NCBI GenBank assembly: GCA_016903655.1
Contig: JADQBC010000004.1
Location: 1-49,101 of the forward strand
Direction of reading: 5' to 3'
From: Gomphosphaeria aponina SAG 52.96 = DSM 107014
GTDB lineage: Bacteria > Cyanobacteriota > Cyanobacteriia > Cyanobacteriales > Gomphosphaeriaceae
Length of the DNA stretch: 49,101 bases
Shown here: in pieces, positions 1 to 7,843 of the stretch
Numbering within the stretch: position 1 is the stretch's first letter
Layout: each line of letters opens with the position of its first letter
Made by a program: the position numbers and the translations under genes
Notes under the pieces: model-generated
What the model was told of the DNA's origin: nothing
Database searches by the model: none
The model's input: the letters and a program-made list of their open reading frames with translations, nothing else

Positions 1-268
1 ATAAAATTTGGTCTTCAATAATTAAATCACTGGCACTTTTTTTTCTTATTTAAAAAATGATTTTTGACAATTTTTACCTTTGAAAAGTTGTTAACTTAAT
101 ACCCGTAAAGCGTTTGAACTCTTCTGAGCTGAAATTTTTGAGTTTTTCGTATTTCATAAATTTAGCTTATTTATCTGAATTTTTTCAATTATATCTTAAT
201 TTTGACTCGAATGAACGCACTCATGTCTAATGAGCGAAACTAATTATTAGAGCAAAAGCAAGAAGTCT
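1..268 (-). mobile_element. Degenerate IS5-family (ISL2/IS702-like) element: left end plus disrupted transposase 5' fragment, running off the window start
   Basis: Minus strand from ATG at 157 reads MKYEKLKNFSSEEFKRFTGIKLTTFQR*, then shifted frames give VKIVKNHFLNKKK and SDLIIEDQIL. This resembles the N-terminus of cyanobacterial HTH_Tnp_4/ISL2 transposases (EEFKR.G....F...L.IEDQ.L). TIR-like AGACTTCTTGC at 268-258. Confidence 0.7.
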
Positions 269-289
269 AAATTAGTGAGTGTGATTTAA

Positions 290-320
290 ATAGACCAATG
301 AGTGCTCATTGGTCTATAAT
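290..320 (+). promoter_or_regulatory. 28-bp palindrome overlapping a putative sigma70 promoter
   Basis: ATAGACCAATGAG-TG-CTCATTGGTCTAT (290-317, perfect 13-bp arms). TAGACC at 291-296, 18-bp spacer, TATAAT at 315-320. Confidence 0.5.
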
Positions 321-326
321 CTCCCT

Positions 327-587
327 TACCCGCCTCTACATTTTTAAAAGATAATTGGGGCACCTAGTATTTTCCTAGACAAATGTGGACATAAGCCTAG
401 AAACCTAATTCCTCGGTGACTAATTAGGATTTTTACTAACCCGTCTGGTGCCTTACTCGTAAAGCAGGAAAATGTTACGCCCATATAACATGGGTGAGGA
501 TACCCTCTGGGACTTTCATTACTAAGGAAAGTCGAACTTTTGTTAAAGTTCCATTACACTTCCAAAAATCCATCTGGTTCTTGGGTA
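327..587. ncRNA. Putative structured non-coding RNA (unassigned)
   Basis: Many nested helices: GGCACC/GGTGCC, TAGTA/TACTA, CCTAATT/AATTAGG, CCCAT/ATGGG, GAGG/CCTC, GACTTTC/GAAAGTC, GAACTTT/AAAGTTC, and terminal TACCC/GGGTA. No long ORF. Confidence 0.35.
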
Positions 588-588
588 G

Positions 589-718
589 TAAGTAATTAGA
601 CAAAATTAATTACATGGGTGAGGGCGGGTTTTGAACAATCAATTTTTGTTGTGCAACATAGGTTATCCCTAAACCCGCCCCTACAGAAATTGTCTAAATA
701 ATTTTGCCTACTTACTTA
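589..718 (+). mobile_element. 130-bp MITE/REPIN-like element, family A copy 1
   Basis: Imperfect terminal inverted repeats TAAGTAATTAGACAAAATTA.../...TAATTTTGCCTACTTACTTA with TA at both ends. Internal GGGCGGGTTT...AAACCCGCCCCTAC hairpin. Three differences from the copy at 7256-7385. Confidence 0.85.
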
Positions 719-811
719 TGGTGATTAGGAATCCTTACAAATCATTATGACTCATTTTTGAGAAAAAACCAACCCTTTTTAAATAGGAAACTGCGGGTTA
801 GCCAAAACAGC

Positions 812-1795
812 TCAAACGCCCACGGCTACCATTTTTTGTACCGCCTCAACAATTTGCTGAGGTTGAACAATAGTGAGTCTTTCCAGTGTGCCATTATAAG
901 GGGTAGGGATATCTTGAGAAGCTAACCGTAAAACAGGAGCATCTAACTCATCAAATAGTTGATCATTAATCGACGCAGTTAATTCTGCGCCAATACCCCC
1001 AGTCTTCATACATTCTTCAACAATAATTACCCGATGAGTTTTGCACACTGAGGAGCCAATGGTTTCCATATCCAGGGGTTTGAGAGAGATCAAATCAATA
1101 ATTTCTGGATTAAATCCCTCTTTTTCCAACTGTTTGAGCGCTTGGAGACAATGGTGACGCATTCGCGAGTAGGTTAAAATGGTTACATCTGTTCCAGGAT
1201 GGACAATTTCTGCTTTATTTAAAGGCAGTAAGTATTCCGTTTCTGGCAGATGTTCCTTCAAATTGTAAAGCAAAACGTGTTCAAAAAATAGAACAGGATT
1301 ATCATCGCGGATGGCGGATTTGAGTAAGCCTTTCGCATTATAGGGAGTGGAACAGGCAACTATTTTTAAGCCAGGAACCCCCTGAAAATAAGCTTCTAAA
1401 CGCTGGGAATGTTCCGCCCCCAACTGTCGCCCCACACCACCAGGGCCGCGAATGACCACAGGAATTTTGAAATTCCCTCCAGAAGTGTAACGTAACATAC
1501 CAGCATTATTAGCGATTTGGTTAAAGGCTAAGAGCAAAAAGCCCATATTCATCCCTTCAATAATGGGGCGTAAACCTGTTATTGCTGCACCAACAGCCAT
1601 TCCTGTAAAGCTATTTTCCGCGATCGGCGTATCCAAAACTCGCAAATCACCATATTTTTTGTAGAGGTCTTTAGTTACTTTATAAGAACCACCATAGTGA
1701 CCTACATCTTCACCTAACACAAATACAGCATCATCCCGCGCCATCTCTTCATCAATGGCTTGACGTAGAGCGTTGAATAACAGAGTTTCTGTCAT
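812..1795 (-). CDS. pdhB: Pyruvate dehydrogenase E1 beta subunit
   Basis: Motifs [25 protein letters not shown] and [10 protein letters not shown]. 327 aa. Confidence 0.97.
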   Translation of the reverse strand: MTETLLFNALRQAIDEEMARDDAVFVLGEDVGHYGGSYKVTKDLYKKYGDLRVLDTPIAENSFTGMAVGAAITGLRPIIEGMNMGFLLLAFNQIANNAGMLRYTSGGNFKIPVVIRGPGGVGRQLGAEHSQRLEAYFQGVPGLKIVACSTPYNAKGLLKSAIRDDNPVLFFEHVLLYNLKEHLPETEYLLPLNKAEIVHPGTDVTILTYSRMRHHCLQALKQLEKEGFNPEIIDLISLKPLDMETIGSSVCKTHRVIIVEECMKTGGIGAELTASINDQLFDELDAPVLRLASQDIPTPYNGTLERLTIVQPQQIVEAVQKMVAVGV

Positions 1796-2059
1796 GTTTT
1801 CTCCAATTTAAACGAATCGTAATTATAAGCTATTATTCTAAGTCTTGAATGCCCTCACTGCGAATTGGAAAAGAGTCATGGCAAAAATAATTCTTGCTTA
1901 AATTATTTTTCACAAACAATACATGAATAGAACTAAAAATTGGTATTCTTACTTGTAGAGGAAAAAAAATAACCAATTAACTTATACAAAACTTATACGT
2001 TAAAACAAATCTGCCTGTTGGATGATGAAAGAGTAAGCAAAAAAATTTTAGAGGTCCCG

Positions 2060-2872
2060 ATGAGCCAGGTCAAAATCCTCAATATCTGGATACACAATTT
2101 AACTATGACAGAACTGATAGAAAAGCTGAGTCAGACTGGAGGATTTGTGGTGACACCCAACGTGGATCATATGGTAAAACTCCAAAAGGATAATGAGTTG
2201 CTTGTTGCATATCACCTCCGAGATACCTATCGCGTCTGTGATAGTAAAATCCTGGAATATACATCAAAATTTTTAGGAAACCCAATTAAAGAAAAGATTT
2301 CTGGGTCTGATTTATTTCCAGCTTTCTATAATTACCATAAAGAAAATGAAGATATTAAAATATTTTTGTTAGGAGCAGCCGAAGGAGTAGCCAGGAAAGC
2401 GCAAATAAAGATTAATGAAAAAGTAGGACGGGAAATAGTTGTAGATACTTACTCACCTTCTGAGGGCTTTGAAAATAATGAGTCAGAGTGCCAGAAAATT
2501 GTTACTAGAATTAATGAATCTGGTGCAACAGTACTTGCAGTTGGTTTGGGAGCGCCAAAACAAGAAAAATGGATCGCCAAGTATAAAAATCAGTTAACAA
2601 CTGTTAAGGTGTTTTTGGCGATCGGTGCTACTATTGATTTTGAAGCTGGTTGTAAACCACGTTGTCCTAAGTGGATGAGCGAGGTAGGACTGGAATGGTT
2701 ATACAGGTTGAGTTGTGAACCTCACCGCCTCTCGAAAAGATATTTGGTAGAGAGTTTGCCCTTTTTTTGGCTGGTGTTGCTCCAGAAACTTAACCGCTAC
2801 CCAGAACCTGAACTACCCTGCATCCCGTTCAGTTTTTGTCCATCGACTTTGACGTTGAAAGAAGAAAGCTAA
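2060..2872 (+). CDS. WecB/TagA/CpsF family glycosyltransferase
   Basis: Motifs VVTPNVDH, ISGSDLF, VGLGAPKQEKW, IGATIDF and GLEWLYRL. ATG at 2060 (after GAGG) preferred over TTG at 2018. The 3' end overlaps the convergent gene. Confidence 0.9.
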   Translation: MSQVKILNIWIHNLTMTELIEKLSQTGGFVVTPNVDHMVKLQKDNELLVAYHLRDTYRVCDSKILEYTSKFLGNPIKEKISGSDLFPAFYNYHKENEDIKIFLLGAAEGVARKAQIKINEKVGREIVVDTYSPSEGFENNESECQKIVTRINESGATVLAVGLGAPKQEKWIAKYKNQLTTVKVFLAIGATIDFEAGCKPRCPKWMSEVGLEWLYRLSCEPHRLSKRYLVESLPFFWLVLLQKLNRYPEPELPCIPFSFCPSTLTLKEES

Positions 2873-3997
2873 ATACAGGGGAAATTTCCAAAGAACATAG
2901 AAGGGGGCACTCAAAAGCGTCACAAGAGAAATATTATTGCGCCCAAACTTCGCCCAAGCAATAAAAATGGCAAGAAAAATCAGTATGCCCACCCAGGCAA
3001 AGATGATAAATGGAATAAAAGAGACTCCAATAGTAGTTGCTAGGAGAGCGCTACCCGTAGCAAATAACCAGAAGATGAGAAATAAAGAGAGGGGAGGAAT
3101 AAATAACTCTAAGGCGATCGCCACTAAATCCCATCTTTTTTGCCTGAATGCAGCCCGTAGTAAACGGGGAGTTTCGGTTAATATGGTTTCGATATGACCA
3201 TGTTCCCAGCGAGAGCGTTGACTTTTAGCAAATTGCTGCTCCATCAAACGGCCAGTAACTTGTCCAGAATGGCAATGTAGGGGAGGATAACCAGCGATCG
3301 CCAAATCTAAACCCAGCTGCATATCATCAACTGTTTTGCTATTGGCAAAGGATACTTGATTAATGATTTCCCAGGGAAAGGCCATTCCAGAACCAGTCAG
3401 TAAACAAGGTAGCCCCAGTCGAGCTAACCCCACCTGGCGCACCGAATTTTTCACTACCAATGCTAAAGCGGAAACTGCATCTTTAGGTGTGGGGTTAGGC
3501 GGTACATCCATTAAATATATCCCTTGGACTGGTCTAGTATTTTTCCATGCTACTCGAGCAATCCTATCAATAGTATTTTCCTCAACGATACAGTCTGCAT
3601 CCACCATTACCACAACATCTGGGGGCTGAGACTCTAGATATCGCAACCCAAAATCCACTGCATAACCTTTGCCACGGAGATCAGGATTTTCTCTTTCTAT
3701 CACACTCACCCCTTCGAGTTTACGGGCGATTGCCGCCGTCTCGTCGGTGCAGTTATCAGCAATAGTGATAAGGCGATCGCCTGAATTTAACTGTGGTAAT
3801 ATTGATTTCAATGTTCTAGCTATGCCTGCCGACTCATTGTGAGCTGGGACTAAAACAGCAATACTCGATGGTCTTTCCCCTATTGTGTCAGCAGGAAAGG
3901 GAAAAAGTGCCGCCAAACATTCTATCAAAAGAACTACACTTGGAACTAGCAAAACTCCTGCAATCAGCAGCAATATGATTTCAATCAGTATAGTCAT
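2813..3997 (-). CDS. Family 2 glycosyltransferase with C-terminal TM helices
   Basis: Motifs VPAHNE, ADNCTD, GKGYA, DAD, DD and QRSRW (QxxRW). Confidence 0.9.
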   Translation of the reverse strand: MTILIEIILLLIAGVLLVPSVVLLIECLAALFPFPADTIGERPSSIAVLVPAHNESAGIARTLKSILPQLNSGDRLITIADNCTDETAAIARKLEGVSVIERENPDLRGKGYAVDFGLRYLESQPPDVVVMVDADCIVEENTIDRIARVAWKNTRPVQGIYLMDVPPNPTPKDAVSALALVVKNSVRQVGLARLGLPCLLTGSGMAFPWEIINQVSFANSKTVDDMQLGLDLAIAGYPPLHCHSGQVTGRLMEQQFAKSQRSRWEHGHIETILTETPRLLRAAFRQKRWDLVAIALELFIPPLSLFLIFWLFATGSALLATTIGVSFIPFIIFAWVGILIFLAIFIAWAKFGRNNISLVTLLSAPFYVLWKFPLYLAFFFQRQSRWTKTERDAG

Positions 3998-4049
3998 TGG
4001 CTTATTGTTTGTTGTTCATTTTTGACTATCAACTATTAGCTTATCCTAG

Positions 4050-4105
4050 GTTATAAATTATCTCGTTACAAAAAATACTAACCCAACTCAAACCCTCTCC
4101 CCACT
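4050..4105 (-). repeat. Partial copy of the internal part of MITE family B (15929-16044)
   Basis: Reverse complement AGTGGGGAGAGGGTTTGAGTTGGGTTAGTATTTTTTGTAA matches ~15973-16012 exactly. TIRs are absent here. Confidence 0.8.
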
Positions 4106-4124
4106 TTCTGTAGCCTAACTGTTA

Positions 4125-5255
4125 TTACAGATTAACAGTTTCTAGTCTGCTAGTAGTAAAACGACTCAACCAATTTTCCAAATAAACACGATTTGCCTTT
4201 TGCTGTTCAAGATCAGAAGTATGCAAAGGAAAAGGAGCTAAACCTTGAATTGCTGCCGTAGTCACACAAAACATTGACTTTTGGAAACTCTCACAAATTT
4301 GCACCAACAAATCATCTTCTTTTCTAATGCGTTGAAGATAAATTTTATGAAGATATTCTGGAAGAAAATGACGCATATCTTGCATTAACAGAGTAGGAGG
4401 AATCCCCGCACCACCTATAGGTAAAGGATCTGCATACAAAGCCCCATAATTAAACATCTCTTGGTCATAAGGAATTTGGTAAGCTTGAGCATTATAAGAA
4501 ACTGTCCCAGGAAAAGGAGTTCCCCGAAAGAAAATTGCTTCTACATAAGGAACTGCCGTATCTTTGAGAAAAGTCAAATTAGCAGCTTCAGGAATCAATT
4601 CATAAACCTCATCTTTCACCTTAACCCTGTAAGTTATCCGTTTATTTGCCGCTTCTACCAAACCATTTAAAATATGTTCTACCACTTGGGGAATAGACTT
4701 AATTTCCCCCTGATCATAGCGGTCAGAAAGACTACCGAACATATCACTCATCACCCGCCAAAATTGACCCAAACCGCTATAATAAGCCATCTGGCGCATT
4801 TGTTCAGGCAAAAAATCATGAAAGATTTTATCCAAACCTAAAATCAACAAATTATTTTTAAACTTAGCAGCAATTAACTTTTTTACAACTTGATGAAATT
4901 GGGGGGAATCCAGATAAATATCTAAACCACCTCCACCATGCCAAAACATCGTCTTCATACAATATTCTGCATATTCAAAATTTATTCTATCATGCCACCA
5001 GTGACGTAGTAATCTCTTGAAAGAAACTTCTCCATTAAAATATTTAAAAAAGGGAAAAAACACCAAAAACTGATGATCAGCGATATAACATAAGTTATTA
5101 GAATAGGCATCTAAAACCACACCATAACTTTTAAGAATGCCAACAACTTCTAAAACATTTTCTGGAGAATCATTAAGTAAACCATCCCCAGATTCTAAGC
5201 GATGAATATACTCAGCTAAAGGATGTTTAGACGGTTCAATTGTTACACTTACCAT
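4125..5255 (-). CDS. cupB: CO2 hydration protein CupB (ChpX) of NDH-1(4)
   Basis: Motifs HWWHDRINFEYAEYC, YYSGLGQFWRVM and YADPLPIGGAGIPPTLLMQDM. ~376 aa, the short CupB size. ATG at 5255 after GGAG. Near ndhD4/ndhF4. Confidence 0.93.
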   Translation of the reverse strand: MVSVTIEPSKHPLAEYIHRLESGDGLLNDSPENVLEVVGILKSYGVVLDAYSNNLCYIADHQFLVFFPFFKYFNGEVSFKRLLRHWWHDRINFEYAEYCMKTMFWHGGGGLDIYLDSPQFHQVVKKLIAAKFKNNLLILGLDKIFHDFLPEQMRQMAYYSGLGQFWRVMSDMFGSLSDRYDQGEIKSIPQVVEHILNGLVEAANKRITYRVKVKDEVYELIPEAANLTFLKDTAVPYVEAIFFRGTPFPGTVSYNAQAYQIPYDQEMFNYGALYADPLPIGGAGIPPTLLMQDMRHFLPEYLHKIYLQRIRKEDDLLVQICESFQKSMFCVTTAAIQGLAPFPLHTSDLEQQKANRVYLENWLSRFTTSRLETVNL

Positions 5256-5296
5256 AAAAACTTTCTCCAATTATTAAGTTAATATTTAAATTAAAC

Positions 5297-5325
5297 ATCT
5301 CCAGACAAGCTGGAGATTTCTCTTT
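5297..5325. terminator. Hairpin, probable intrinsic terminator between the GHKL gene and cupB
   Basis: ATCTCCAG-ACAAG-CTGGAGAT with T-rich tails on both strands. Confidence 0.55.
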
Positions 5326-7002
5326 TTACACCTTAAATTTTTCTTTCAATTTGAGAAAGTTTTTCTCGTAAAATTCCGAGATTTCACTATCTAGTTCATC
5401 CTTCGTAATAGCTCGATTTTTGAAGGCATTTATTTCCCTAACCAGACATTCAGCTATGTGCATAGATAGTAAAAATGGATCAGATTCATTTTCTAATTTT
5501 TTAAACTTTTTATTTCCCGAATTGATTAAGATTTTCAAATTTACGAAATCAGAAATTCTAGAAGCCTTATTTTCCTGACCTTCCCCAAAATCCATAATGA
5601 TATAATTTAATATTTTTAACTCTTGAGTTTGACTTTTTTGTTCTGGAGGTTGTTTTTTCTTCCACCATTGATTCTGATTAAGTGTTTGAGGTGAAGCTGT
5701 TTTATTGGGATCAAATGTCACTGTACTATGCGCTTCTAAAGCGCTATCTAAAATAGCTTTCCTTATACCTAAATTAGGCTTTGTTAATCTTTCTTTTCTA
5801 TTTGTCTTAACAACTAAAAGATTTTCATCTATATCTGTGGAGTCAATTAATATTTCAGATATATCCATAACCATTTGATCTATTTTTTCATTTTTCTGCT
5901 CTTCTCCTAGTTGAATATATGCTCTTATACAATCTATAATTGTTCTATATGTATGCTTTAAGAACGGTCTTGTTATGGGATGATCATCTCTTAGAAAATG
6001 GTGCGATAAATCTTTTGCTGGCATTCCTGTAGTATCAAGCACCGAACTAAGATCTGAGCAAATTACAAAACCGATCATTTTTCTAAATGCTTGCAAGACA
6101 CTTTCTTGTATTTCTACTTTTTGCCCAGCTTCTTTAGATATATCTTGATAAACTTCGTATATCAATTCATTATTTGTCAAATTAAAATCGCCAATCTTAA
6201 CTTCCGAAACTATCTCCACTGATTTTAATGGATGATCTTTAACCAAATCCAAGCTCGGCAACATAGATAACTTAAATTCTACTTCAGACCTTTTCTTTTC
6301 TCCGTAAAAATTGTACTCAAAACTCGACTTTAGCTTGGGTAAATTATTACCAGGAAGTCTGTAGTCAAAATCCAGACTTGAACCGTTTAAGAAAATTTGA
6401 AAGTTTTTGTTTTCCGCTTTCAGTTTTGAAACCAAGAACCCAAAAAATGTCTTAAGTTCATTTGTTATTGCTGGAATCTGATTTGTTTCATAAAATTTGG
6501 CATTAATTGAATTAATTGTTATTTTTGTTCCCGTCTCCGCCTCAACTGGAGAATCAGAATAATTAACTTCCAGTATTTCAGGAACATATTCATCTAAAAA
6601 TTCATTATTTCTTGGCTTGTAGTTGATTTTGAACGCCTTGCGATTCTTATTCTTCGTTTCTATTGTCCAATCTATTTCTCCATCTTTTGATAATTTGTCA
6701 TTAGAAAGTTTACCTCCAATTCCCATACGTCCCAGTCTGATGCCAGCGCCCCCTGTATTATCATAAGAATTTCCAAAGACAAAATACTTATCAAAAGCAT
6801 TCATTCCATGAGTATCATCTAGATCATCAAAACCTATCCCATCATCCTCAATAGTTATTTTTTCTTTGATCTCAATTTTGACGTATGTTGCTAGGTTTTG
6901 GATAGAATTTTTAATTAATTCAGTAAAAGCCTGCGGTATATTTACCGTAGATTGAAGCACAGCGCTCAGGTGCGATCCAGTTCTGATTCTAATCTTTTTC
7001 AT
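5326..7002 (-). CDS. GHKL (HATPase_c_3, MORC/Hsp90/MutL-like) ATPase with uncharacterised C-terminal region
   Basis: N-box ELIKNSIQN, G1 IEDDGIGF, G2 GRMGIGGKLS, G3 GTKITI. Strong RBS AAGGAG upstream and TATAAT at ~7102-7097. Confidence 0.85.
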   Translation of the reverse strand: MKKIRIRTGSHLSAVLQSTVNIPQAFTELIKNSIQNLATYVKIEIKEKITIEDDGIGFDDLDDTHGMNAFDKYFVFGNSYDNTGGAGIRLGRMGIGGKLSNDKLSKDGEIDWTIETKNKNRKAFKINYKPRNNEFLDEYVPEILEVNYSDSPVEAETGTKITINSINAKFYETNQIPAITNELKTFFGFLVSKLKAENKNFQIFLNGSSLDFDYRLPGNNLPKLKSSFEYNFYGEKKRSEVEFKLSMLPSLDLVKDHPLKSVEIVSEVKIGDFNLTNNELIYEVYQDISKEAGQKVEIQESVLQAFRKMIGFVICSDLSSVLDTTGMPAKDLSHHFLRDDHPITRPFLKHTYRTIIDCIRAYIQLGEEQKNEKIDQMVMDISEILIDSTDIDENLLVVKTNRKERLTKPNLGIRKAILDSALEAHSTVTFDPNKTASPQTLNQNQWWKKKQPPEQKSQTQELKILNYIIMDFGEGQENKASRISDFVNLKILINSGNKKFKKLENESDPFLLSMHIAECLVREINAFKNRAITKDELDSEISEFYEKNFLKLKEKFKV

Positions 7003-7143
7003 CTTCTATCTCCTTTCAATTTCTTAATGCTACCACACTTATCTCACTACTTGCCTACTTTTTAGATAACTGAGTCAATTTTTATCCCAACTAAGCATTA
7101 TACAATAGTCCTTAATAGTTTTGGTTATTTGTCAATGGTGATT

Positions 7144-7190
7144 CTCATCCCTAATCTCATCATAGTCCTCATTTAATTATGAGTATCACA
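7144..7190 (-). repeat. ~49-bp dispersed repeat, copy A
   Basis: Reverse complement TGTGATACTCATAATTAAATGAGGACTATGATGAGATTAGGGATGAG matches the copies at 25484 and 45792. Confidence 0.8.
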
Positions 7191-7211
7191 TCAATATTTT
7201 TTAGACTAAAA

Positions 7212-7248
7212 CCCACCCTACATTTTTGTAGGGTGGGCTATGCCTACC
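7212..7248. repeat. GTAG-type REP-like palindrome
   Basis: CCCACCCTAC-ATTTTT-GTAGGGTGGG, followed by CTATGCCTACC. Confidence 0.65.
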
Positions 7249-7255
7249 ATTGAGA

Positions 7256-7385
7256 TAAGTAATTAGACAAAATTAATTACATGGGTGAGGGCGGGTTTTG
7301 AACAATCAATTTTTGTTGTGCAACATAGGTGATCCCTAAACCCGCCCCTACAGAAATTGTATAAATAATTTTGCCTACCTACTTA
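7256..7385 (+). mobile_element. 130-bp MITE/REPIN-like element, family A copy 2
   Basis: 127/130 identical to 589-718. Confidence 0.85.
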
Positions 7386-7429
7386 ATATCTCTCATGTCA
7401 ATAGTTACTAATTTTGTGGACAAATACCC

Positions 7430-7652
7430 ACTCAAGCTTTGTAAGGTTTAAGCCTTCATGTGTGAACTACACACCGCTCTATCAGCTTTCTACTTTTTTT
7501 AGAAGAGTTACCGACTACTTTTTTGATTACTCTAATTGAATAGCTATCCGCAAACAGTTGTTACTCGCTAGAACTCGTCAGATTTTCTGTAACACAGAAT
7601 TTATAACTAGGTTATTTCTATTGATTTACGGGTCATTGCCTCTTGAGTTTAT
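7430..7652 (-). ncRNA. Putative ~220-nt structured RNA upstream of the GHKL ATPase
   Basis: Begins just after a consensus-like promoter. The 5' ACTCAAG pairs with the 3' CTTGAGT. Internal helices CCGTAAA/TTTGCGG, TAGAA/TTCTA, ATAAC/GTTAT, TTCTGT/ACAGAA, TGTGT/ACACA and AAGG/CCTT. Confidence 0.4.
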
Positions 7653-7658
7653 TTTATT

Positions 7659-7687
7659 ACTCTAGCTCAAACTAAAAAGAAAGTCAA
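7659..7687 (-). promoter_or_regulatory. Putative sigma70 promoter
   Basis: TTGACT-17 nt-TAGAGT on the minus strand. Confidence 0.5.
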
Positions 7688-7843
7688 CCCCCTGGGAACT
7701 TTTCTATTAAAGTCAATAAAAGTCCATCAACTCTAAGTTCTTAATCAATACCATCTCTTTCTTTGCTCTAGATCATTTTCTCTGATGGCAAGTACATTAA
7801 CAGAAAAAATACGTCCCTACAGAGTTAGAGGGTAAACACACAA

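Noticed and set aside
520-540. AAGGAAAGTC resembling the RNase P RNA GAGGAAAGUCC motif
   Set aside because: The other universally conserved RNase P segments are missing, and the motif is explained by a local hairpin.
5326-7002. Calling the ATPase HtpG, MutL, GyrB or a sensor kinase
   Set aside because: Only the generic GHKL boxes match. It lacks the family signatures (MutL GFRGEAL, GyrB GGLHGVG, HtpG IGQFGVGFYS) and has no HisKA domain.
7571-7620. Hammerhead-ribozyme-like order GAAA-stem-UA-stem-CUGACGA on the minus strand
   Set aside because: Stem II cannot form (the G after CUGACGA faces A, not C) and the base of stem I is mismatched. At best this is a degenerate resemblance.
7430-7652. 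Retron msr-msd interpretation of the end-paired RNA
   Set aside because: There is no long msd hairpin and no reverse transcriptase in the window.
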